Shown: piece by piece, positions 9,487 through 18,257 of the stretch
Numbering within the stretch: the first letter of the stretch is position 1
Layout: every line of letters begins with the position of its first letter
NCBI GenBank assembly: GCA_934100165.1
Contig: CAKOPN010000005.1
Location: 33,804 to 97,803 of the forward strand
DNA: 64,000 bases
DNA from: an uncultured Bacilli bacterium
GTDB taxonomy: Bacteria; Bacillota_I; Bacilli_A; RF39; UBA660
Reading direction: 5' to 3'
Program-made: the position numbers and the translations under genes
Notes under the pieces: generated by a model
Told to the model about the DNA's origin: nothing
Databases searched by the model: none
Seen by the model: only the letters and a program-made list of their open reading frames with translations

Positions 9487-11847
9487 ATGAACAGCGAAGT
9501 TACAAAAGATAATATAGTTGTGGTAAATGATGATCCCAAATTTTTTGCGCCACGTGATAGATTAGAGAAGAAAAGTGGTATATATCCAGTAAGAGCAAGA
9601 ATGACAAACTTGACTTTCTCAACTTTTGTAGGTAGCATTAAACAAGGAAGAATACCTAAACAGTCAGAAGTATTAAACGCAAGACTAAAAGAAATAAGAG
9701 AAAATATTATCGAAACTGCTACTGAAGAAGCAGAAAAGTCAATTAGAGAGTCAGCTATAGGAACGGAGTTTAAAAGTACAACAAGTGAACTTGATGCAAA
9801 AAAAATGTTGGAAGACCAAAAACTTTTTGATGCGACTTCTGTTAATACCATCTCAAGTATTTTTACAAATAATAATGCAATTTTAACAGAGTCATATTTA
9901 GATGGTCAAAAGAATAACACATTAAGAACTAGTTTGCCACGAGCTCTAAGGGTAAAAGGAAGTTTAAGTAAAGCTTGTCGTATAGTTGGTAAGAAAACCC
10001 CATCATATATAGATGAAATCAAAAAAAGAATGGAAGTTGAAGAAGCCAATAGTAGTTGGAAAAGATTGTTTGACGGTGTAACTTTAATTCACGAACCAAT
10101 TGAAGAAGATCAAAATGAAGTTAAAGTTATTAGAAACGCACCTAAAAAAACTGATACAAGCTTTAAAAGTAGAATTGTCAAAGCACAAATTGGCGATGAG
10201 TTAAACGATGTAAGAAGACTATTAAATGGGATAGGTAAAAATACACCATTTAATGCGGGTCTTCAAGAAAGAGAAAGAGAATTGTTGAGAATGCTATCTG
10301 AAACAGCTGGCATATCATTAAATATAGAAAAAACTACTGTACCTGAGGATAAGAAAACAGAAATGCAAGCTTTGATTGAAGGTCAAGTAGGGTATGTAAG
10401 ACCTTTGACTGAAGAAGAATATAAAGAGAAGGCACAAGATGTAGAAGAATATTACTCAGATCCTTTCGTACAGCAAAATATAAATGATTTGGCTATGAAG
10501 AATATTTTGTTTGATATGAATCAACCAGAATCGTATGAAAAAATTGCAAGAGCAGAAAGATTTGACAACGAAAGAAGAGCGGAGATGTCTAGTGCAATAG
10601 AGTTGCTAGAAGGAAATACAATCATTACTGAAAGTAATAAGAAAGTACCAAAGTTTACAGTAACAGAAGAAATTGCTAGGGAAGCAAGAAAAAATTCTGA
10701 AGATATTATTAGAAAAGCTCATGAGGAAGAACTTGCAGAAGCTAAAAAAATAGAAGAAGAAAAACAATTAACAATTTTGAAAAACGATGCAAAAGTACAA
10801 GCTGCTATGCTTCAAAAACAAAATGATGAAATAGAATTATTTGAAGGAGCACAAGAGCAGGCAGAACTTCTTAATAGAGTAAACTTATTACTAGATGGTG
10901 CACAAAAGCAAGCAGAGTTACTAATAAAGCAAGAAAAAGAAGAAAATTCTTTGAAAATAGGAGCTGAAGAACAAGCTAGAATGTTACTTGACTTAAATAT
11001 TCTTCTAGATGGTGCAAATGAGCAAGCACAAATGTTGTTTGAAAAAGAACAAAATGAAGCAATGTTAGAAGATGCAAGAAAAGAGGCTCTTAATATACAA
11101 AGATTAAATACTTTAATAGATGATGCTAGAAATCAAGCAAGTTTATTAATGATTCAAAATCAAAAAATCGACTTTTTAAATGATGCAGAACTTGAAGCAC
11201 GTAGAATATATGATAGAAATAATTTAGTAATAGGTGCCGAAGAACAAGCAAAACTATTATTTGAATTAGGAGAAATAATAGAAGATGCCCAAAAACAAGC
11301 TCAAATGCTAATGGAACAAGATGAAAATGCAGAGCTATTAAGTGGTGCTGAAGAACAGGCCAAAATGTTACAACAGAAAAACGAACAAATAGAATTGTTA
11401 AATGGTGCTGAAGAGCAAGCTAAATTGTTACAACAAAGAAATGAACAAATAGAATTGTTAAATGGTGCTGAAGAACAAGCTAGGATGTTACAACAAGAAG
11501 CTGAAAGAGAAAAACTCCATGAAGATTCTCTTGAAGAAGCAAAAGCAATAATGAGAAGAAATGAAGAAGAAAGAAAAAAATATATTTATAGTCCCCCATA
11601 TCAAATTACTGAAACAGAAGATAGATATGGACAAGTAGTATCCTATCCACAACCAATAAGAATTGCTGCTGATAAACTTTTAAATTTAAAAAGAAAGACA
11701 AAAAAGAAAATGGATCCTGCTAGTGCACTTATCTCTTTGAGAGAACAACTTGAACAAATGGATTTTGATGATGCACCTAACAATGACGAACAGAAAGAAA
11801 CAATAACATTTGATCTTGGCGGAAAAACAATGAGTAAAGTAATGTAA
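9487..11847 (+). CDS. Repeat-rich coiled-coil protein of unknown function
   Basis: 786 aa. The C-terminal half contains about 13 copies of a ~20-aa unit (xxGAEEQAKxLxQxNEQIELL), strongly alpha-helical and E/Q/K-rich. No TM or signal peptide. Confidence 0.7.
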   Translation: MNSEVTKDNIVVVNDDPKFFAPRDRLEKKSGIYPVRARMTNLTFSTFVGSIKQGRIPKQSEVLNARLKEIRENIIETATEEAEKSIRESAIGTEFKSTTSELDAKKMLEDQKLFDATSVNTISSIFTNNNAILTESYLDGQKNNTLRTSLPRALRVKGSLSKACRIVGKKTPSYIDEIKKRMEVEEANSSWKRLFDGVTLIHEPIEEDQNEVKVIRNAPKKTDTSFKSRIVKAQIGDELNDVRRLLNGIGKNTPFNAGLQERERELLRMLSETAGISLNIEKTTVPEDKKTEMQALIEGQVGYVRPLTEEEYKEKAQDVEEYYSDPFVQQNINDLAMKNILFDMNQPESYEKIARAERFDNERRAEMSSAIELLEGNTIITESNKKVPKFTVTEEIAREARKNSEDIIRKAHEEELAEAKKIEEEKQLTILKNDAKVQAAMLQKQNDEIELFEGAQEQAELLNRVNLLLDGAQKQAELLIKQEKEENSLKIGAEEQARMLLDLNILLDGANEQAQMLFEKEQNEAMLEDARKEALNIQRLNTLIDDARNQASLLMIQNQKIDFLNDAELEARRIYDRNNLVIGAEEQAKLLFELGEIIEDAQKQAQMLMEQDENAELLSGAEEQAKMLQQKNEQIELLNGAEEQAKLLQQRNEQIELLNGAEEQARMLQQEAEREKLHEDSLEEAKAIMRRNEEERKKYIYSPPYQITETEDRYGQVVSYPQPIRIAADKLLNLKRKTKKKMDPASALISLREQLEQMDFDDAPNNDEQKETITFDLGGKTMSKVM
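11341..11500 (+). repeat. Three tandem, nearly identical 60-bp coding repeats (units start at 11341, 11401, 11461)
   Basis: Direct comparison of the three consecutive 60-nt blocks shows only a few substitutions. They encode SGAEEQAKMLQQKNEQIELL, NGAEEQAKLLQQRNEQIELL and NGAEEQARMLQQEAE. Confidence 0.8.
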
Positions 11848-11858
11848 AATTAAAAAGT

Positions 11859-11889
11859 AAATTACCATGCACTACATGGTAATTTTTTT
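11859..11889 (+). terminator. Rho-independent terminator after the repeat-protein gene
   Basis: Hairpin AAATTACCATG-cacta-CATGGTAATTT followed by a T-run. Confidence 0.6.
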
Positions 11890-11985
11890 CTAAAAAAGTT
11901 GCCTTTTTAAATACCATGGGGTATACTTATTATAGACTAAGGTAGCATGAATAATCTATCACAGTTACTTAAAAATGGGAGATGA

Positions 11986-12873
11986 GTGAGTATGAATGGA
12001 AATTTAAATGTTTCAAAAGTGAAAAGATTCTTAAAAAATAAAAATACGGTAACAGCTTTATGTGCAATTTTAATAGTAGTAGTTTTAATCGTTGGTTACA
12101 CAATACGTGTTAATAATGCTACAAAACCAGTTAAAATACCAGTAGCAAAGGTTACAATCCAACCAAGAACAGAAATAACTGCGGATATGATAACTGAAAT
12201 AAATGTACCACAAGAAGCTTTAAAGGGTAATTATTATAGAAATGTAAGCTCTCTAGTAGGAAAATATTCAAATGTAAATACTGTAATTCCGGCTGGTAGT
12301 ATATTCTACAGTGAGGCAGTAATTAGTAAAAATGACCTACCAGATTCATCTTTATATGATGTTGCAGAAGGTGAGACTTTATATTATTTAACAGTTAATA
12401 TGCTAACAAGTTACACAAATTCAATTTTACCAGGAAATTATATTGATATATATCTTTCTACAAAAGAAAATAATAAAGCATTAGTTGGTAAAATATTAGA
12501 AAATGTTAAAATTTTAGCAGTAAAAACTTCTGATGGTAAAAATGTTTTTGAGAACTCTGATGAATCAAGAACACCATATGTAATAATTTTTGCTCTTCCA
12601 GAAGAACAACATTTATTACTTAGAAAAATAAATGCAATTAACAGCTATTCTGTATATGCAACTAATCCAGGATATTCAAAGATTGATATAATTCCAGTTC
12701 CTACCGCTGCAAGTTTTGACGGTTCGGAAAAAGATATTAAACCAAATGTAACTAGCCAATATTTAAAGGACTATATTTTAAATATGGCTGCTACAGTTCC
12801 AGAAGATGTAATTACTGAGAATAATAATAATCAAAATATAAATGAAAATGAAAACACTAACAAAACAGAATAA
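11986..12873 (+). CDS. CpaB/RcpC-like Flp-pilus assembly protein (N-terminal TM plus SAF-like domain)
   Basis: 295 aa. An N-terminal TM (VTALCAILIVVVLIVGY) is followed by a beta-rich region with LPGNYIDIY and VKILAVKT...YVIIFALPEEQHLLLRKINA motifs resembling CpaB. It ends in an Asn-rich tail. Confidence 0.6.
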   Translation: MSMNGNLNVSKVKRFLKNKNTVTALCAILIVVVLIVGYTIRVNNATKPVKIPVAKVTIQPRTEITADMITEINVPQEALKGNYYRNVSSLVGKYSNVNTVIPAGSIFYSEAVISKNDLPDSSLYDVAEGETLYYLTVNMLTSYTNSILPGNYIDIYLSTKENNKALVGKILENVKILAVKTSDGKNVFENSDESRTPYVIIFALPEEQHLLLRKINAINSYSVYATNPGYSKIDIIPVPTAASFDGSEKDIKPNVTSQYLKDYILNMAATVPEDVITENNNNQNINENENTNKTE

Positions 12874-12885
12874 TGAGGTGATTCT

Positions 12886-14373
12886 ATGAATGAGTCAATG
12901 AATTTTGGCAACATTGGTTTTAATAGTGTGGCTTCTAACAATACAGAAAATAATTTTGAAGTTAAGGCGCCAACTACTACAACAGGACAAAATATAACGG
13001 AAGAAAATAGTGGTATAGATTTTCCTAAAAGTAGTGTAGCTAAAATAGATGAGTCAAAAGAAGATAATTTTTCTAGTATTGAATTTGGACCACTACAAAA
13101 GTATCTAGATGATGATGATATCACAGATATTTCTTATAGTAATGGCGGACAACTATGGTTAAAGTCATTACAAAGAGGTGTATATAGAGCAGATCAACAA
13201 GATGTAGACAATGCTTTGGTAGAAAAAATAGCTTTCCAGTGTTCGAACGTAATGGGGAAAACATTTAACATGGCCCATCCATTCTTGGACTCTGAGAGTG
13301 CAGAGTTACGTATGAACTTTGTACACGATTCAATAGCACGTAACGGTATTGCTGCTGTTTTTCGTAAGACACCTGCTAAAATAAGACTTGAAAAAAGTAA
13401 ATTATTAAATGAAAAGTACGTTACTTTAAGTATTCATGATTTTCTAATAAACTGTGTAAAAGGGCACTGTAACATGATTGTCTGCGGTGAAACTGGTTCA
13501 GGTAAAACAGAACTTGTAAAATACTTAGCAAGTCATACAGCAGAAAATGAAAAGATAATAACTATTGAAGATACACTAGAACTTCACCTTGATAGAATAT
13601 ATCCAACTCGTGATATTGTAGCTATGAAAACAAATAACATTGCATCATATTCTGATGTTCTAGTTACATGTATGAGGCAAAACCCAAAATGGATACTACT
13701 ATCAGAAGTACGTAGTGCAGAAGCAGTTACAGCAGTTCGTAACTCTATATCATCAGGACACAACATCTTATCTACCATCCATGCTGATAAGGCAGAGAGT
13801 ATTCCACTTCGTATGTATAGCTTACTAGAGTCAAATATTGATGTAGAGCAGTTCTTAAAAACTATTTATCGTTATGTACAAGTAGGTATATTTGTAAGAG
13901 GTAGATATAGTCCAAAAGAAAAAAGATTTGTACGTGAAATTGCTGGAGTAACAGAGTTTTACGTAACGGATGATACTAATGAACCAAAAAGCAATAATAT
14001 ATATTTAAAAAATGTTGCAGGTGAAGAAACTTATAATGAGCCAACAGAATATTTAATAAATTACCTTGAAGGTCAAGGAATAGATATAAATAATTTATTT
14101 GGAGAAAATAAGTCATCACTTATTGCAACACTAAATGAAAAAGTAAATGAACCACAACCGGTAAATAATACTATACAAGCTCCTAATCAAAATATGCAGC
14201 AAAATATAAATTTAGCAGCACAAATAAATAATCAAAGTGCATTTCAAACAATACCAAATCAAAATAATGTAAACATGCAAGGCTATAATGCACCTGTTCA
14301 AGGTATGCAAAATCAAATGCCTTATCAAAGTCAAAATTTTAATCAACAAATAAATAGAATAGACACATTATAA
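12886..14373 (+). CDS. TadA/CpaF/VirB11-family secretion ATPase with N- and C-terminal low-complexity extensions
   Basis: 495 aa. Walker A CGETGSGKTE, the ITIEDTLEL aspartate box, ILLSEVRSAEA and a His box STIHA are diagnostic of the GspE/CpaF/VirB11 superfamily. An N-terminal ~100-aa N/T-rich region and a C-terminal ~90-aa Q/N-rich tail are atypical. Confidence 0.85.
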   Translation: MNESMNFGNIGFNSVASNNTENNFEVKAPTTTTGQNITEENSGIDFPKSSVAKIDESKEDNFSSIEFGPLQKYLDDDDITDISYSNGGQLWLKSLQRGVYRADQQDVDNALVEKIAFQCSNVMGKTFNMAHPFLDSESAELRMNFVHDSIARNGIAAVFRKTPAKIRLEKSKLLNEKYVTLSIHDFLINCVKGHCNMIVCGETGSGKTELVKYLASHTAENEKIITIEDTLELHLDRIYPTRDIVAMKTNNIASYSDVLVTCMRQNPKWILLSEVRSAEAVTAVRNSISSGHNILSTIHADKAESIPLRMYSLLESNIDVEQFLKTIYRYVQVGIFVRGRYSPKEKRFVREIAGVTEFYVTDDTNEPKSNNIYLKNVAGEETYNEPTEYLINYLEGQGIDINNLFGENKSSLIATLNEKVNEPQPVNNTIQAPNQNMQQNINLAAQINNQSAFQTIPNQNNVNMQGYNAPVQGMQNQMPYQSQNFNQQINRIDTL

Positions 14374-14393
14374 AATCGAAAGAAGGTGTATTT

Positions 14394-15290
14394 ATGATAG
14401 AACTAATTATCGTTATAGCAATTGCAATTTTTGCAATACTATATATGTTTAAAACTGGCGATTCTATGTACAAGTTTATCGTCGACACATCTTCTGTTGT
14501 ATACGATAAACTAGCTCCTTATTCTTTTAAAATGATAAGAGAAAAAGTAAAGGAAATGGGCCTTGAATATTCACCAAAACAGTATATGATTCAAGTTCTT
14601 ACGTTTGGTGGAGCAGCACTTGGTATATCATATTTATACTTTTACAATATTGCAGTTTCTATAGTATACATGATTCTAACGATATGCGTTATTCCATATC
14701 TAGCATACTTAAGATGTAAAAGAATATATAGTGAATTTATATTTGAGCAAATTCAGGTATATACAACAAACACTATAATGGAATTTCAAACAACTCAGAA
14801 TTTTGTAAAAGCACTAGAAGGTGTATATAACTCTGGTGTTCTTCAGTCTCCTGTATCAGATGATGTTAAAACAATGATAGATATGGCTTATAAAAATGGT
14901 GATATAACTGAATCAATAAATTTTATGAATGAACGATATGACTTTCATATGACAAGAAATATGCATCAGTTATTCTTACAAATAACAAGAGAGGGTGCAA
15001 AAGATTCAAACGAAGTATTAGAAAATATGCTTTTAGATATAGATATGCTAGTAGAAGGTGTATATAGAGATAGGATCGATAGACAAAATTTCCATAAGCA
15101 GTTCGTTCAGTATGGAATATTACTATATCTAATGGTTATGCTTGTTCAGTATTTGCTTGGAATAGACACATACTTACAGTTACTTGAGAATACATTCGTA
15201 AAAATTGCGCTTCACGTAATTGTTCTATTTAATAGTTACTTCTTACTTAGTGGTGAAAAATATTATAATGAGAATGTGGGGGCTGAGTAA
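14394..15290 (+). CDS. Polytopic membrane protein, TadB/GspF-like platform protein candidate
   Basis: 298 aa with an N-terminal TM, a central cytoplasmic helical region and further TM pairs. It sits immediately after the CpaF-like ATPase, as in tad loci. Assigned by topology and synteny only. Confidence 0.45.
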   Translation: MIELIIVIAIAIFAILYMFKTGDSMYKFIVDTSSVVYDKLAPYSFKMIREKVKEMGLEYSPKQYMIQVLTFGGAALGISYLYFYNIAVSIVYMILTICVIPYLAYLRCKRIYSEFIFEQIQVYTTNTIMEFQTTQNFVKALEGVYNSGVLQSPVSDDVKTMIDMAYKNGDITESINFMNERYDFHMTRNMHQLFLQITREGAKDSNEVLENMLLDIDMLVEGVYRDRIDRQNFHKQFVQYGILLYLMVMLVQYLLGIDTYLQLLENTFVKIALHVIVLFNSYFLLSGEKYYNENVGAE

Positions 15291-15292
15291 TT

Positions 15293-16081
15293 ATGTATAT
15301 AGAGATATTTCTTATAGCAATACTTGTACTAGTACCTTTCTTATATTCAGGAAAAATTACTACAAAGAGTTTCTTGAATGAAGAAAATGGATACTTATTA
15401 GGATTGAAAGAAAAGGATTATGACTTCTATGTCATGGCCAAATATGGTGAAACAGCTATTCCAAATAAGCTTTTCGCAGCAAGAGTAAAAAATGCTTTTT
15501 ATGGTACTTTAATAATATTTGTATTTATGATAGGTAACATAAACTTTTTAAATGTGTTAATGGTGTTAATACTAGGCGTACTTTTATTCAAAATGCCATA
15601 TATTTCTTTAAAAAGTTATTACAAAAAATATATGCATCAAATTGACTTGCTTCTTCCATATTACTTGAAAAACCTTGAAATATTATGTCAAAACTATACA
15701 GTCCCAGTGGCAATTGCGAGATCAATTGAAAGTGCTCCTGATGTATTTAAACCAGGTTTAAGAGAAATGATAGCAAAGATTGATGCTGGAGATTCTTCAA
15801 TACAACCATATATGGATTTTGCAACAACTTATCCAGTAAGAGACTCAATGAGAATGATGAGACTTTTGTATAGATTAGGTCTTGGTGCACAGGAAAATAA
15901 ATACAAACAATTACTTATATTTTCAAAGTCAGTTTCTTCACTTCAAAATAAGGCAAGAGAAGTTAAATATAAAAATAGACTTGATACTATGGAAAAGAAA
16001 ACTATGGTAATGCTTGTTGTAACCGGTGGGGGAACAATGGTTATATTACTTTTGTCAATGCTTATGTTGTTTGGAATGTAA
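15293..16081 (+). CDS. Polytopic membrane protein, TadC/GspF-like platform protein candidate
   Basis: 262 aa. N-terminal TM, a central TM pair and a C-terminal TM. It lies 2 nt after the previous gene. Assigned by synteny and topology only. Confidence 0.4.
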   Translation: MYIEIFLIAILVLVPFLYSGKITTKSFLNEENGYLLGLKEKDYDFYVMAKYGETAIPNKLFAARVKNAFYGTLIIFVFMIGNINFLNVLMVLILGVLLFKMPYISLKSYYKKYMHQIDLLLPYYLKNLEILCQNYTVPVAIARSIESAPDVFKPGLREMIAKIDAGDSSIQPYMDFATTYPVRDSMRMMRLLYRLGLGAQENKYKQLLIFSKSVSSLQNKAREVKYKNRLDTMEKKTMVMLVVTGGGTMVILLLSMLMLFGM

Positions 16082-16188
16082 AGTTAAATCGTAAATATTG
16101 ATATTAAGTAAAAATATGTTTATAATATATTATATACAATAGAAGGGAGAGATATTGGAGAATGAAAGAGGCTACAGGAGAATTAAAT

Positions 16189-16329
16189 ATGACACTTGTT
16201 ACTATTATTGCAATAGCAGCAGTATTAACTTTCGTTACTATGTTCTTACCAAAAATTTTAAATAGTGTTGGTAATACATGGGAAAATGGAACAGGACAAG
16301 AAATAAATGTTCCAAATCCAGGAAATTAA
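16189..16329 (+). CDS. Small pilin-like protein (46 aa; alternative start at 16162 gives 55 aa), absent from the supplied ORF track
   Basis: Translation MTLVTIIAIAAVLTFVTMFLPKILNSVGNTWENGTGQEINVPNPGN is a short hydrophobic helix plus a polar tail. An AGGAG RBS lies 8 nt upstream of the ATG at 16189. It sits where flp sits in tad loci. No canonical G/XXXXEY processing motif is present. Confidence 0.4.
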   Translation: MTLVTIIAIAAVLTFVTMFLPKILNSVGNTWENGTGQEINVPNPGN

Positions 16330-16352
16330 GATAGTAAAAGAGGTGATAGTTA

Positions 16353-16796
16353 ATGCGTGAGTCAATTGGTGGTACTATGCTATTTTGGATAGTATTGTTC
16401 TTTATGAGTATATTTATAACTTTTTTGGCCGCTGTTATCCAGTATGCAAAAGTTTATAAAATAAAAAACTCAATGATTAACTATCTAGAGCAAGGAGAAG
16501 GCATAGCTAGCAAGGAAGAATTTGAAAATGTACTAGCTGACTTAGGTTATCCGCAAAAAGGTAAATATGTAATATGTAGATATGGTGCAGAGAATAGAGG
16601 TGGCTATTATTATATTAAATTATATGCAACTTTCTCAGTTCTTAATGCATCTGTAGATGTTATGGTAAAAGGGGAAACAAGGCTTATTGAAAGTGGAGTC
16701 TATGTAAAAGGAAATGAATGGTTCCAGTATTTAGGTACAACCAAAAGTTGTGATGGAAGGAATGTTAGTGAAGCAGAACTTACAAGGGTGGATTAG
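16353..16796 (+). CDS. TadE-like pseudopilin candidate (N-terminal hydrophobic segment plus globular domain)
   Basis: 147 aa. MRESIGGTMLFWIVLFFMSIFITFLAAVIQYAKV is an N-terminal TM or class-III-like signal, followed by a soluble domain. AGAGGTGA RBS. It sits directly after the pilin-like ORF. Confidence 0.4.
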   Translation: MRESIGGTMLFWIVLFFMSIFITFLAAVIQYAKVYKIKNSMINYLEQGEGIASKEEFENVLADLGYPQKGKYVICRYGAENRGGYYYIKLYATFSVLNASVDVMVKGETRLIESGVYVKGNEWFQYLGTTKSCDGRNVSEAELTRVD

Positions 16797-16799
16797 CGT

Positions 16800-17747
16800 A
16801 TGAATGTATTAGTTGTTAATAAACAAGAAGATGTAATATCAGCATTAAATATAGAAGTAATTAAAACATTACGTGGTGTTTTTGATGCAGATGAGATTAT
16901 AAGCACATTTACAAATTTCTATTTTGCAAGAATGATAATTGATGTAACAGCACTCAAAGATTATGAGGATGTTGCAATATATCAGAAATTGTCAATAGGT
17001 CTTCCAATAGATAAAGTAATACTTTTAATTCCATCATCTAGTGCTGCCGCAAACAATTACTTTTTATCAAAGTTAATTTCAATGGGATATTATAATTTTA
17101 CAACAAATGGTGATGGTGTTAAGTATTTACTTACAAATCCAAATTCCTACAAGGATGTTGCCTATTTACATCAGGTTGAAGCTCCTACCAATAATGTTGT
17201 TCCAACAGAAAATGGTGGTGCTGTATTAAGTGGAATAAGAATCCTAGGAGTTAAGAATGTAACTGATGAAGCAGGTTCATCATCGCTTATATATATGATG
17301 AAAAAGGAGCTTGAAGAGAAGTATAATCTTTCAGTTTTAGCTGTCGAAGTTGATAAAAGAGATTTCACTTTCTTTAGAAGCAAGGATATGATATCTACAG
17401 ATAAAACTTCTATTGCGACTGAGCTTCTTAAAGCTAAGAATTACAACTATATATTAGTTGATTTAAATGATTATGATGAAAATATATGTGATGAAACTTT
17501 ATACTTAATTGAACCATCAATAATTAAACTTAATAAACTAATGTTGAGGGACAAGGGTGTTTTTTCAAGATTAAGGGATAAAAAGGTTATAATAAACAGA
17601 TCAGTTTTGAATGAAGCTGATATTAAGGAATTTGCTTCAGAAGCGGGTATAAAAATATTTGATGTTATACCTTGCTTAAATGATAGAGAATTATCAAAAG
17701 AAATTTCTAGTTTACTTGTTAAACTTGGAATGGTTAAGAGTGTGTAA
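16800..17747 (+). CDS. Hypothetical cytoplasmic protein associated with the Tad-like locus (possibly a degenerate CpaE/TadZ-like protein)
   Basis: 315 aa with no TM. It sits where tadZ/cpaE would be, but has no canonical deviant Walker A. Function unassigned. Confidence 0.5.
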   Translation: MNVLVVNKQEDVISALNIEVIKTLRGVFDADEIISTFTNFYFARMIIDVTALKDYEDVAIYQKLSIGLPIDKVILLIPSSSAAANNYFLSKLISMGYYNFTTNGDGVKYLLTNPNSYKDVAYLHQVEAPTNNVVPTENGGAVLSGIRILGVKNVTDEAGSSSLIYMMKKELEEKYNLSVLAVEVDKRDFTFFRSKDMISTDKTSIATELLKAKNYNYILVDLNDYDENICDETLYLIEPSIIKLNKLMLRDKGVFSRLRDKKVIINRSVLNEADIKEFASEAGIKIFDVIPCLNDRELSKEISSLLVKLGMVKSV

Positions 17748-17759
17748 CATAAATAATCG

Positions 17760-17788
17760 TTGACAAATAAAGGTTGTTATAGTATTAT
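17760..17788 (+). promoter_or_regulatory. Consensus sigma-A-type promoter TTGACA-17 nt-TATTAT upstream of the VirB2-like gene
   Basis: Perfect -35 hexamer (17760-17765), a 17-nt spacer and a TATTAT -10 (17783-17788). A GGAGGAG RBS at 17804-17810 precedes the ATG at 17817. Confidence 0.5.
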
Positions 17789-17816
17789 TTAGTTATGAAA
17801 TTTGGAGGAGTTTTGT

Positions 17817-18146
17817 ATGGAAATATTTCAAACTTTAGCTGATGCTTGCGGAGGATTACGTCCGATCGTTGCAGTATTAAAAGGTGTATTTGATATTATT
17901 AAAATAGGTGTTCCAATTTTACTTATAATAATGGGAGCAATAGACTTAGGAAAAGCTGTTATGGCTAGTGATGATAAAGAAATCAAAGCAGCAACTAGTA
18001 AGTTAATTAAACGTGCTATTGCAGCAGCTGCAGTGTTCTTTGCTGTTACTATTGTAGATGTAGTAATGGGACTAGTAGCAAGAGGAGAAGAAACTGATGG
18101 TGAAACAAACTCATCAAGTTGGTCTGCTTGCTGGAAGAGTATGTAA
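17817..18146 (+). CDS. Small two-TM protein, VirB2/TrbC-like pilin candidate
   Basis: 109 aa from the ATG at 17817. The track start at 17802 is a TTG inside the RBS. There are two hydrophobic helices (IGVPILLIIMGAIDLG and AIAAAAVFFAVTIVDVVMGLV) separated by a charged loop, the topology of VirB2/TrbC-family conjugative pilins. Confidence 0.4.
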   Translation: MEIFQTLADACGGLRPIVAVLKGVFDIIKIGVPILLIIMGAIDLGKAVMASDDKEIKAATSKLIKRAIAAAAVFFAVTIVDVVMGLVARGEETDGETNSSSWSACWKSM

Positions 18147-18257
18147 TTTTAATTATATCTGTAAAAGGAAGGATTATTTCTTCTTTTTTTTTAATTTTTA
18201 TTTATGTTTTTTGTAAAATATGTTATATTAGATGTGTGTATTTTATGCGAGGTAAGT

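Noticed and set aside
16800-17747. 315-aa protein as a CpaE/TadZ ParA-like ATPase
   Set aside because: It sits at the expected position, but there is no deviant Walker A (GxxGxGK[ST]) or recognisable ParA/MinD motif. I kept it as hypothetical and only note the positional analogy.
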